DNA of 64,000 nucleotides, taken from contig JAWLBL010000036.1 of the NCBI GenBank assembly GCA_041687695.1, positions 1 through 64,000 of the forward strand. Direction: 5' to 3'. The notes beneath the pieces were generated by a model. It made no database searches, was not told where the DNA came from, and saw nothing but the letters and a program-made list of their open reading frames with translations. This document shows positions 38,601 to 46,600 of the stretch, one piece after another. The position numbers and the translations under genes are program-made. The stretch's first letter is position 1. Every line of letters begins with the position of its first letter. Source of the DNA: Myxococcota bacterium (lineage in GTDB: Bacteria > Myxococcota_A > UBA9042 > PHBI01 > JAWLBL01).

Positions 38601-39660
38601 GGCGCTGCGGCTCCCCGACGGCGAGCCGCTCGACGCGTTGGCGGCGGTGGTGGGCGACGCCTCGGGCAGCGACGAGCGGCGCAAGCACACGACCACGCGC
38701 CTGATGAACCTGGTCAAGGACCTGGACCAGGCGCTGGGGGCCGACTACCACACCGAGCTGGGCGCCGACGACGAGGTGGCGCTGGTCACGGTCGAGGACG
38801 CCGAGGGCCGGCACTCCGTCGCCGCCTTCGCCCGCGCGCTGGCCGAGCGGTTGGCCGAGCAACGCCTTCTGCTGAGCGAGCGCGAGCGCGGCCTGTTCGA
38901 GGACCAGCTGCTGGGGACCCTGTGCGGGCAGATGCACGAGCGGGTGCGACACGCGCAGCAGCTGGTGCGCGCCATGGACCGCGCCATGCGCCAGCGCAAG
39001 ACGTCGAGCGGCCAGACGGTCGGCATCAAGTGGCGCCCCCACGACGACCTGTCGGCCGAGGACAAGGACATCCTGCGCCTGTTTGCCATCGACCCGGCGC
39101 ACCTCGGGCCCGATCTGCTCGCGCGCCTGCGCGGGCACTTCGGCGAGCGCGTCAAGCGCGCCCGCGCCGAGCACCCCGAGACGCCCTACGCGGATCTCCT
39201 CGCCCGCGCCCTGGACTATCGCCGTTGGCACACGTTCGCGCTCGAGCTGGTCTCGCACGATGGCACTTCCGCGCCGCTGACCCGCAAGCGCTACGGCGAG
39301 CTGTCCGGCGGCGAGAAGTCGGTCGCGCTCCATCTGCCGCTCTTCGCCGCCGCCAACGCCCAATACTCCAGCGGTTTCCCCTGGGCCCCGCGCCTCATCG
39401 CGCTCGACGAGGCCTTCGCCGGCATCGACGAGACCGGCCGCCCCGAGCTGCTCGCCCTGACGGTCGCCTTCGACCTGGATCTGTTCCTGACCGGCTATGA
39501 CCTGTGGGTCACCGAGCGCGCCGTCCCCGCGGTCGCCCACTACGATCTCCTGCACGATCGCGCGACGCAGACCGTCTCGGCCCTGCTCGTCCTGTGGCGC
39601 GGCGGCGAGCTGGTCGAAGGCGAGCTGGCCGAGCACGCGCTGGCCGCGCTGGCCCCGTGA
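35665..39660 (+). CDS. jetC: Wadjet type II JetC, SMC-like ATPase (TIGR02680 family)
   Basis: RAGIINVWDY, Walker A LRGANGSGKT, long coiled coils, signature LSGGEK, Walker B LIALDEAFAG. Confidence 0.93.
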   Translation: MSPPTLQPAAPNGRFKPTRAGIINVWDYADETFQFADGRLVLRGANGSGKTKALEVLFPFVLDGRMDPRRLDPFSGEARTMASNLLYGGRTSAYGYVWMELTRPGQGGAAPERVTIGVGLQARQHATGVESWFFVTSLSLGEGFGLVDEERRPLTRQALTKALGEAHVFRRATDYRRAIDARLFGLGEERYEAMLDLVLTLRRPQLAKDLDPERLSAILTQGLRPLDDGLLGEIAAAFDDLEVVQQRLEQFERAERAIDEALEAYRQYLRAQASQRLSVWRGEATRLDAARTREGELRGALALAEAARETEAGAVERHEREVETARAEATALEQSEAFKNVAALEQLAQRAAEARARADADARALARTRDELARRERRRDEARQASASREREVTTLAARVAEGAEAAGVLWEAAPLGEGEGRERLSAGLTARDSEVQAVREALARAERAAEALEQAGQRVAQAEDAEARGAQRLEAAGARAEEARAALLAAVEAWAAERAADLLVPEDVQALRAAVAQVGEPDAPGLDAVLQARTEGLREGLVAERTRLSAERTRLQGEVNRVEALRAEIAAERDDAPAPLPFRPAPREGRPGAPLWRLVRFREGLSVAEQAGLESALEAAGLLDAWVDPQPAGDGDERLDAFVEARAPVAGPTLADALEVEDEPSVPAARVAAILASVPLDALGADGVGVTAAGRFGLGPLRGAFRRAEPQFIGATARAARRRRRLAELAAEARGLQAELGQVLADSAAVAGRLEALTAARKALPGAGALTAALKAVERAAGELSALRRATEEAKAHKDRQQRELNERRRALAEAARERRTPSDRAGLDALGERLAATRRDLEGLERAVDALAAAVRRAEEATADHARQAEATRAAAEAAAGSEGNAEEREAQLASLRATAGADADAVLRALEAARCAGEVAAQALKAARGRAERASNEAAGLAASLEAQRQTLAQALQAEAAAREALAVFTRRHVAEALRLPDGEPLDALAAVVGDASGSDERRKHTTTRLMNLVKDLDQALGADYHTELGADDEVALVTVEDAEGRHSVAAFARALAERLAEQRLLLSERERGLFEDQLLGTLCGQMHERVRHAQQLVRAMDRAMRQRKTSSGQTVGIKWRPHDDLSAEDKDILRLFAIDPAHLGPDLLARLRGHFGERVKRARAEHPETPYADLLARALDYRRWHTFALELVSHDGTSAPLTRKRYGELSGGEKSVALHLPLFAAANAQYSSGFPWAPRLIALDEAFAGIDETGRPELLALTVAFDLDLFLTGYDLWVTERAVPAVAHYDLLHDRATQTVSALLVLWRGGELVEGELAEHALAALAP

Positions 39661-40946
39661 ACCCCCGCGCCGCCGAGCAGCTCGCGCGCCTGCGTGAGTC
39701 GGCCTTCGCGCGCCTGTTCGACCGGGCACGGCGGCACCTCGAGCGCTCGGGCGGCGCCCTCGAAGGCGCCGTCCACCTGTCGGCCCCGAGCGACACCGAG
39801 CGCCAGGCACTCTCCGGCCTCCTGGGCCGCCCGCTGCTCGGCCGACAGCTCCGCGTCACCCTCGACGACCTCGACGCCGCCCTGCGCCGCGGCCCCCTCG
39901 CCGAGGGCCTGGCCGACGTCCTGGTCCGCCTCGGCGGCCCCCTGCGCGACCGCCCGGCCGAGCGCGACGCCCGCGCCACTCGCCTCGAAGCGACGCTGAA
40001 CGACGCCCGCGCCGCCTCGGACGCTCCGTGGCTGTCGTCGTGGCTGGAGAGTCTACGAGCCGACGGCAGCCTCGCCCGCCTAGACACCGAGGGCCTGCTG
40101 CCGCTCGTCGTCACCGCCGCCCGCATCCTGGCCTCTCTGCCCGCCGGCGACCTGCCCCTGCCCGTCCTCGCCAGCCGAGCCACTGGCGACACCAAGGCCC
40201 TCGGTCCCGGCCGCCTGTCGACCCTGGTCCTGCGCGGCCTCGCCCTCCGCGCCGAAGCGCCGCTGCCGAGCACCGCCGCCCAGCGCCGCGACCTGTGGGC
40301 CCGCTTCGGCGTCTTCATGGACGACCTCTCGGCCCAGGTGTTGGTCCTGAACCTCCGCCCGACCGACGCCTCGCCCCTCGCCCGCTGGCTCCGCGACGCC
40401 GCCGACCACGGCGAGCCCCTCCGCCTGACCCTGCACCAGCTGGTCCGCTTCCCCCTCCAGTTCGCCCCGGCCGACGTCTTCGCCTGCGAAAACCCCGCCA
40501 TCCTGCGCGCCGCCGCCGAGCGCCTCGGCCCCGCCTGCCGCCCCCTGGTCTGCACCGAGGGCGTCCCCTCGACCGCCTTCGGCCGCCTCGCCGACCTCCT
40601 CGCCGCCTCTGGCGCCCGCCTCCACTACCACGGCGACTTCGACTGGCCCGGCCTCCGCATCGCCGCCGCCATCCTCTCGCGCCCCAACGCATCGCCCTGG
40701 CGCCTGTCCGCCGCCGACTACCGCGCCGCCGTGACCGCCCTCGGCGTCCCCGGCACCGAGCCCCTCACCGGCCCGGCCGACCCCTCCCCCTGGGACCCCG
40801 CCCTCGCCGAAGCCATGCAGTCCCTCGCCCGCACCGTCTACGAGGAGTCCCTGACCGACGCGCTCCTCACCGACCTGGCCGGGCCAAAGGACCAGTCCCG
40901 AGTCGCCGACACCATGCGTGAAGACGCCGAGCCGTCTCGGAGATGA
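39657..40946 (+). CDS. jetD: Wadjet type II JetD, Toprim nuclease (TIGR02679, DUF3323+DUF2399)
   Basis: VFACENPAIL, LVCTEGVPS, LHYHGDFDWPGLRIA, SPWDPAL, VYEE. Confidence 0.92.
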   Translation: MNPRAAEQLARLRESAFARLFDRARRHLERSGGALEGAVHLSAPSDTERQALSGLLGRPLLGRQLRVTLDDLDAALRRGPLAEGLADVLVRLGGPLRDRPAERDARATRLEATLNDARAASDAPWLSSWLESLRADGSLARLDTEGLLPLVVTAARILASLPAGDLPLPVLASRATGDTKALGPGRLSTLVLRGLALRAEAPLPSTAAQRRDLWARFGVFMDDLSAQVLVLNLRPTDASPLARWLRDAADHGEPLRLTLHQLVRFPLQFAPADVFACENPAILRAAAERLGPACRPLVCTEGVPSTAFGRLADLLAASGARLHYHGDFDWPGLRIAAAILSRPNASPWRLSAADYRAAVTALGVPGTEPLTGPADPSPWDPALAEAMQSLARTVYEESLTDALLTDLAGPKDQSRVADTMREDAEPSRR

Positions 40947-41128
40947 CCCGGCTTCGCCGCTCGTTGGCCGGCGCACTGGCTGGCACATGCGCTCCTGGTG
41001 CCGCCCGCCGGGGTGCCTGCCTTTGGGCGAGGGACGCGGACCATGAGGAGGGGTCGCAGGCGCCGGCCTGGTCATGCTCCGCGCGGACGGGAGCCGCCGC
41101 GCCGGGGGTGGGCGCGGCGGCCGAGTGG

Positions 41129-42574
41129 TCACCGGCAGACGTTCGTGCAGACCTTGGAGATGCACTGCTTGCAGGTGCCGCAGGAGGTGCCGTTCGGGGG
41201 ATCGTTCGACTTGCAGGTCCCCTTGCCGTCACAGCTGTCCGGGTTGGTGCAGGGGCCGTCGGTGGAGTCGCCGCAGGCCGTGCCGGCCGACATGTGGTTG
41301 GGTTGGCACGTCCCCTTGCCGTCGCAGGTGTCGGGCTTGGTGCACTGGTTCGAGGTCGACGATCCACAGGAGGTCCCTGAAGCGCGCGGGGAGAACGCGG
41401 TCGTCGACTTCGACGGACTGCAGGCCATGCAGGCGTTCGAGGGGTTGAGCTCGCCCGAGGAGCGACAGACGCCGCCGATGAAGCACCAGCCGGACTTGGT
41501 GCTCTCGGTGCAGGTGTAGCTCTCGGAGCCCGTGCTCTTGCAGGAGGCCACGCGACAGCTCGCGGACGGGCTGGGGCACTCGACCGCAGGACCCGGCGCG
41601 CACACGCCCATCTTGCAGGCGTCGCCCGCGGTGCAGCCGTCGCCGTCCGCGTCGCAGGCCGTCCCGTCGGGGCGCTGGGTGGGGCCGGTCGGGTCGGCCA
41701 GCGGGTCGCAGACGAGGCAGGGCGAGACCGGCATCGCGTCCCCCGCCTCGTAGCACTGTCCTTCGATGAGGCAGCTCCCGGGCTTCACCTCGGGCGCGAG
41801 GCAGCCGCCGGCGCCGTTGCACGCGGTCTGCTGGCACGGCAGTAGCCCATCGCCGCAGCTGTAGGCCGTGCCCTGGCATTGCCCGTCCGCCTGGCAGCCG
41901 TCGTCGAAGGTGCACGGGTCGCCGTCGTCACAGGCGTCGCCCAGCCGGGGCTCCGGGTCGAGCACGCAGGACTTGCTCTCCTGCTCGCAGCGGCCCACGC
42001 CGCAGGGCGCGTCCAAAAAGGCGCAGTCCCCGTCGGTCTGACACTCGCAGACGCCGCTCCAGGCCCCGGCGCAGACGCCGTCCACCTGACAGACGTCCCC
42101 CTCGGTGCACCCGTCCTGGTCGTCGCACGCGACACCGACCGGGATGGCCACCTCGCAGCTCCCGTCGACGCACGCGGCCGTGCGGCACACCTGCTCGGGG
42201 TCCGGGCAATCGGAGGCCGCCAGGCACTCCGGCTCCGGCGCGTCGGCCTCGACGTCGTGGGGCGCCCCGTCGTCGAAGGCCACGTCGTCGCCGACTTCGG
42301 AAGGTGCGTCCTCGATGACGTCGGGCGGCACTTCCGGGACGTCTTTGAACGCATCTTCGCCGACATCATGGGGCGGGGGTTCGACCGCACCGTCGGACGT
42401 GCCATCGACGTCCGGCGGCGGCCGCGACACGTCGGGGTCGTCGGCGACGTCCGCCGGGCCAGCGCCCGAGTCGGCGCCACCATCGGACACGTCCTCGACC
42501 TCGCTGACGACGATGTCACCACAGGCGGCGGTCACGGACAGCAGGATGGCGAAGGGCAGCGCGTGGGGTCTCAA
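41129..42574 (-). CDS. Cys-rich repeat lipoprotein
   Basis: TTG start with AGGAGA RBS; lipobox TAAC; acidic linker; many CDDGDPCTxxDxCxxxGxC-type repeats. Confidence 0.8.
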   Translation of the reverse strand: MRPHALPFAILLSVTAACGDIVVSEVEDVSDGGADSGAGPADVADDPDVSRPPPDVDGTSDGAVEPPPHDVGEDAFKDVPEVPPDVIEDAPSEVGDDVAFDDGAPHDVEADAPEPECLAASDCPDPEQVCRTAACVDGSCEVAIPVGVACDDQDGCTEGDVCQVDGVCAGAWSGVCECQTDGDCAFLDAPCGVGRCEQESKSCVLDPEPRLGDACDDGDPCTFDDGCQADGQCQGTAYSCGDGLLPCQQTACNGAGGCLAPEVKPGSCLIEGQCYEAGDAMPVSPCLVCDPLADPTGPTQRPDGTACDADGDGCTAGDACKMGVCAPGPAVECPSPSASCRVASCKSTGSESYTCTESTKSGWCFIGGVCRSSGELNPSNACMACSPSKSTTAFSPRASGTSCGSSTSNQCTKPDTCDGKGTCQPNHMSAGTACGDSTDGPCTNPDSCDGKGTCKSNDPPNGTSCGTCKQCISKVCTNVCR

Positions 42575-42612
42575 AGCGGTTCTCCTTGGTTGTGGCAGGG
42601 ACAGGGTGGGAC

Positions 42613-44715
42613 TCAGAGCAGCTCGGCGATGGCGCGAGCGGCGCGGCGGGCGCCGTCGGCGGGGACCGGGAGGTAGTCGAGGGGCCGCCGCAGCTCGGCC
42701 ACCAGCGCCTCGGCGATGACCTCGGGGGTGGCGGTGGCGAAGTCCATGCGGCGCCCGGCGCGGTGGCGATCGAGGCGATGAGCGACGTGGAAGGTCTGCT
42801 CGAAGTGATGCCGCAGCGGGAAGTAGAGGAAGGGCCGACCAGCGGCGGTCAGCTCCATGGTGGTCGTGAGGCCGCCCTGCACCACGGCGACGTCGCAGGC
42901 GGCCAGGAGCCGATAGAGCCGCGGCACATAGGCGCGCACCTCGAGCCCCTCGCAGCGCGGTAGGCTGTCGGGGTCGATGCGCGGGCCGGCGACGGCGATC
43001 ATGCGCAGCTCGGGCAGCGCCCGGCGCGCCGCCGGGAGGGCCGCGATGATGCGCCGCAGCAGGGCCGCGCCGACGCCGGATCCGCCCACCGTCACGACGC
43101 AGACCTTCTCGTCGGGCCGGAACCCCAGCTCGTGGCGCAGCGCGTCGCGCGCCAGCGCTGCCGGGTCGAAGCCCGTGATGTAGCCCGAGAACTGGAAGCG
43201 CTGCTCGGTCCAGGCGCGGATGGTCGGCAGCCCCGGCCCCAGGGCGGCCGGCACGATGTCGTCGGGGTCGCCCACGAACAGCGACAGGTCCCGCACGCGG
43301 CGATAGCGTGCCACACGCTCGACCATGTCGGCGTTGTAGTCGGCGGCCAGCGCGGCCTCGGCGGCGCCCCCCTCGGGCATCGGCAGAAAGCCCACGAAGT
43401 CGGTCATCCAGACGTGGGCGGCGCGCTTGAGCTCCGGGTTCTCGTGCCAGAAGTAGTCGACGTCCCAGGCCTCGTCGCACAGCACGAGGTCGTAGCAGCC
43501 CGCCTCGACCACCTCCTGGAACACCAGGAAGTTGGCCAACAGGATCTCGTCCATCGAGCGGTAGGCGTGAAAGCAGTGCAGGTCGTGCTCGCAGGCCTCG
43601 GACGCCAGATGGGCGGACTCGTTGGCCAGGTGGCGGCTCGCCGCGTGGACCCGCTCGCCGTGCTCGGCCAGCACCTCGGTCACCGGGGACTGGGCGAGCC
43701 AGTCGAGCTCCAGGTCGGGGCGCAGCGCGCGCAGCTCGTCGGCGATGGCCAGGTCGCGGCGCACGTGGCCCAGGCCGATGGGCGAGGACAGGTACAGGGC
43801 CCGCGGCGTGCGGCCGAAGGCCCGCGCCCAGGTGGTGCGGCGGACGCGCGGGGGGCCCAGCCGCTCGACGAAGTCGCCGATGAGCTGGTTGACCTTGACC
43901 GGGTCGCGCGCCTGGGGGGCGTGCCCGGCGCCCTCGAGGACCACCAGGCTGCCGCCGGTCAGCTCGGCCACGCGCGCGCCGGCCTCGACCGGGGCGATGC
44001 GGTCCTGGTCGCCGTGAATCACCAGGGTCGGGCAGGTGATGGAGGCGTACAGCGCCGCCGCCGCCTCGAGGTCGGGGCGGCCGGCGCCGAACTGGGTGGC
44101 GATCAGCGTCTCGCCGTCGGTCTCGCCCGCCCAGCCGACCGCGTCCTCGATCTGCTTGGTCGAGTGCGGCTCCGGGAAGACGTTGCGGACGAAGAACGCC
44201 GCGAAGTCCGGGTAGTCGCGGCGCCAATGATGCAGGTTGTACTTGTCCCACCCTTCGGCCGAGTCGAGCGGCCGGGTGAAGGGCACCCGCATGGCCCACT
44301 CGGGGAAGGGGCCGCACTGGGCGCTCGGCCCGATGGCCACCACCCCCAGCGCGCGCTCGGGGTGCTGCGCGACCAGCTGCAGGGCCCAGTGCCCGCCACG
44401 CGACAGGCCGACCACCACGGCGCGCGCGGTGTCGGTGGCGTCGAGCACCGCCAGGGCGTCGGCGACGAAGTGGTCGTGGGTGTAGGCCGCCGGGTCGGCC
44501 GGGCGGTCGGAGCGGCCGTTGCCGCGGCCGTCGAAGGTGACCACGCGGCCGTGGCGGGCGAAGTAGGCCACCTGGGCCTTCCAGACCTCCGAGTGGACGA
44601 TGGACCAGCTGGGCATGAACAGCAGCGTCGGGGCGCCGTGGCCGTAGACCCGGTAGTGCAGCCGCACACCGTCGCGGATGACGTCGCCTTCGATATCGGG
44701 GTAGCGTGCCTTCAT
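42613..44715 (-). CDS. alpha/beta hydrolase - GT-B glycosyltransferase fusion
   Basis: FDGRGNGRS, GLSRGG nucleophile elbow, GDQD, GAGH; then SSPIGLGHVRRD, TVGGSGVG, QGGLTTTMEL, HFEQ. Confidence 0.88.
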   Translation of the reverse strand: MKARYPDIEGDVIRDGVRLHYRVYGHGAPTLLFMPSWSIVHSEVWKAQVAYFARHGRVVTFDGRGNGRSDRPADPAAYTHDHFVADALAVLDATDTARAVVVGLSRGGHWALQLVAQHPERALGVVAIGPSAQCGPFPEWAMRVPFTRPLDSAEGWDKYNLHHWRRDYPDFAAFFVRNVFPEPHSTKQIEDAVGWAGETDGETLIATQFGAGRPDLEAAAALYASITCPTLVIHGDQDRIAPVEAGARVAELTGGSLVVLEGAGHAPQARDPVKVNQLIGDFVERLGPPRVRRTTWARAFGRTPRALYLSSPIGLGHVRRDLAIADELRALRPDLELDWLAQSPVTEVLAEHGERVHAASRHLANESAHLASEACEHDLHCFHAYRSMDEILLANFLVFQEVVEAGCYDLVLCDEAWDVDYFWHENPELKRAAHVWMTDFVGFLPMPEGGAAEAALAADYNADMVERVARYRRVRDLSLFVGDPDDIVPAALGPGLPTIRAWTEQRFQFSGYITGFDPAALARDALRHELGFRPDEKVCVVTVGGSGVGAALLRRIIAALPAARRALPELRMIAVAGPRIDPDSLPRCEGLEVRAYVPRLYRLLAACDVAVVQGGLTTTMELTAAGRPFLYFPLRHHFEQTFHVAHRLDRHRAGRRMDFATATPEVIAEALVAELRRPLDYLPVPADGARRAARAIAELL

Positions 44716-44719
44716 CGGC

Positions 44720-45598
44720 TCATCCCTCCTGGGTGGGGGTTCGGCGGTCCGCGCTGGTCCGCGTCCACGACGTGACCTCGGGCGGCGCGTAGTTCGCGAT
44801 GCGCGTCAGCCAGCGGAAGCCCAGCCGCTCGAGGTTGCGCAGCGACGGGTTGGGCTCGTCGGCGACCGGGGCGCCGGTCTCGGCGGTGATCCAGCGGCAG
44901 CCAGCCGCGTGCGCCAGCTCCAGACGGGCGGCGAGCAGGGCCTGCTGGGCGCCGCGGCCCCGCTGGTCGGGGCGCGTCACCGCGAACACCTGGCTGGCGA
45001 CCGCGCGGTGCACGAACAGCGCCGCCGCGGCGACCACCTGGCCCCGGTCGCGCGCGACGAGCACCCGCCAATTGGCGCGGCGCACCAGCGGCCTCACCAG
45101 GGCGCGGCTCTCGGGCGGCGCCTCGAAGCCCAGGGCGAACAGCTCGGCGACCGCGTCCGCCTCGTCGGGCCGGGCCTCGGCCACCTCGAGCGGGGTCGCG
45201 ACCTCGGGGGGCGGCGCGCCGTCGCGCACCAGCTTGACCCAGGCGCGGCGGTAGGGGGTCAGCCCGCCCTCGGTCAGCGCGGCGTGCAGCTCTGGAGCGG
45301 GACGGGCCGGCGCGTGGACGAAGAACCGGTCCACGCCGGCCGCCCGGTAGCCCTCGGTCACGAAGCGGACCAGCGCCGGGGTCACCGGGCCGTCGAAGCC
45401 CAGCCCGAAGGCGCGGTTGAACAGCAGGCTGTCGAGGCCGGGCGCGACCAGCAGCGTCACGCCGTCGCGGCGCGAGACGCCCAGGCCGAGCCGCCGTTGG
45501 TCGGCCGCGGGGCAGCCGTCGAAGGCGTCGGCCCAGGCCAGCAGATCGACGCGGTGCAGGTCGCGCCACGGTGCGGCGCTCGGGGTCCTGAAGCTCAT
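44720..45598 (-). CDS. GNAT-family acetyltransferase
   Basis: AVTRPDQRGRGAQQALL acetyl-CoA motif; NPSLRNLERLGF. Confidence 0.85.
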   Translation of the reverse strand: MSFRTPSAAPWRDLHRVDLLAWADAFDGCPAADQRRLGLGVSRRDGVTLLVAPGLDSLLFNRAFGLGFDGPVTPALVRFVTEGYRAAGVDRFFVHAPARPAPELHAALTEGGLTPYRRAWVKLVRDGAPPPEVATPLEVAEARPDEADAVAELFALGFEAPPESRALVRPLVRRANWRVLVARDRGQVVAAAALFVHRAVASQVFAVTRPDQRGRGAQQALLAARLELAHAAGCRWITAETGAPVADEPNPSLRNLERLGFRWLTRIANYAPPEVTSWTRTSADRRTPTQEG

Positions 45599-45780
45599 GG
45601 GACTCTCCACGGGTCGTTGCGTCCGTGGAGAGGGCGTGACGTCCGACGGAACGATGTTCCGTGCCGGCCCGCGGTGACCCCGGCCGACGTCGGCGAACGT
45701 CGTTCCGCCGCCCGTCACGCCTATGGGGTGAGACCCCGAGCTGCGCCCAGGCGCGGCCTCACCTCGAATGGAGACTCGAC

Positions 45781-46551
45781 ATGGCGCTCTCTCTGACCAT
45801 CGTCTTCGCGATGTACGGCGCGCTGGCGGCCTGGGAGGCCCTGGCGCCCGCCCGTGCCTTCCCGCGGCCGCGCCTGTGGCGCACGCGCGGGGCCCTGTTC
45901 TTCGCCGCCTACCTGGCCGTCGCCGCCAGCGCCCCGTTCCTGTGGGACGAGCTGCTCGCCAGCCACACCGTGTTCGACCTGACCGGCCTCGGGACCGCCC
46001 TCGGGGCGGTGGTGGGCCTGCTGGTCTCGCAGCTCGCAACCTACTGGTGGCACCGCGCCCTGCACCGCTCCAACACGCTGTGGCGCCTGTTCCACCAGGT
46101 CCACCACAGCGCCGAGCGGCTCGACGTCTGGTCCGCCTGGATGTTCTCGCCGCTGGACGTCCTGGCCTTCGCCTTCGTGGGCAGCCTGGCGCTGGTCGGC
46201 CTCGTCGGCCTGACGCCCGAGGCGGCCCTGGCGGTCAACCTGGTGACGATGTTCCTCACCATGTTCACCCACGCCAACGTCGCGACGCCCCGGTGGCTCG
46301 GCTACCTCGTCCACCGCCCGGAGAGCCACGCCCTGCACCACGGACGCGGCATCCACGGCTTCAACTACTGCGAGCTGCCGCTGTGGGACATCGTGTTCGG
46401 CACCTTCCGCAACCCGACGCGCTTCGACGCGCCGGTCGGGTTCTACGACGGCGCCTCCGACCGCCTCGGGGCCATGCTGCTCGGGCGCGACGTCGCCTCC
46501 GAGCGCCCCGCGCCCCGGTCCGCGCCCGCCCGGGACCCGCAGCCCGCCTGA
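45781..46551 (+). CDS. fatty acid hydroxylase / sterol desaturase family protein
   Basis: His boxes HRALH, HQVHH, HAN, HALHH; WDIVFGTF; TM segments. Confidence 0.92.
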   Translation: MALSLTIVFAMYGALAAWEALAPARAFPRPRLWRTRGALFFAAYLAVAASAPFLWDELLASHTVFDLTGLGTALGAVVGLLVSQLATYWWHRALHRSNTLWRLFHQVHHSAERLDVWSAWMFSPLDVLAFAFVGSLALVGLVGLTPEAALAVNLVTMFLTMFTHANVATPRWLGYLVHRPESHALHHGRGIHGFNYCELPLWDIVFGTFRNPTRFDAPVGFYDGASDRLGAMLLGRDVASERPAPRSAPARDPQPA

Positions 46552-46600
46552 CCTCCGGTCCGGGTGCTCGGGCCCGGCGAGTTCCGGTATAGTCCGGCTC

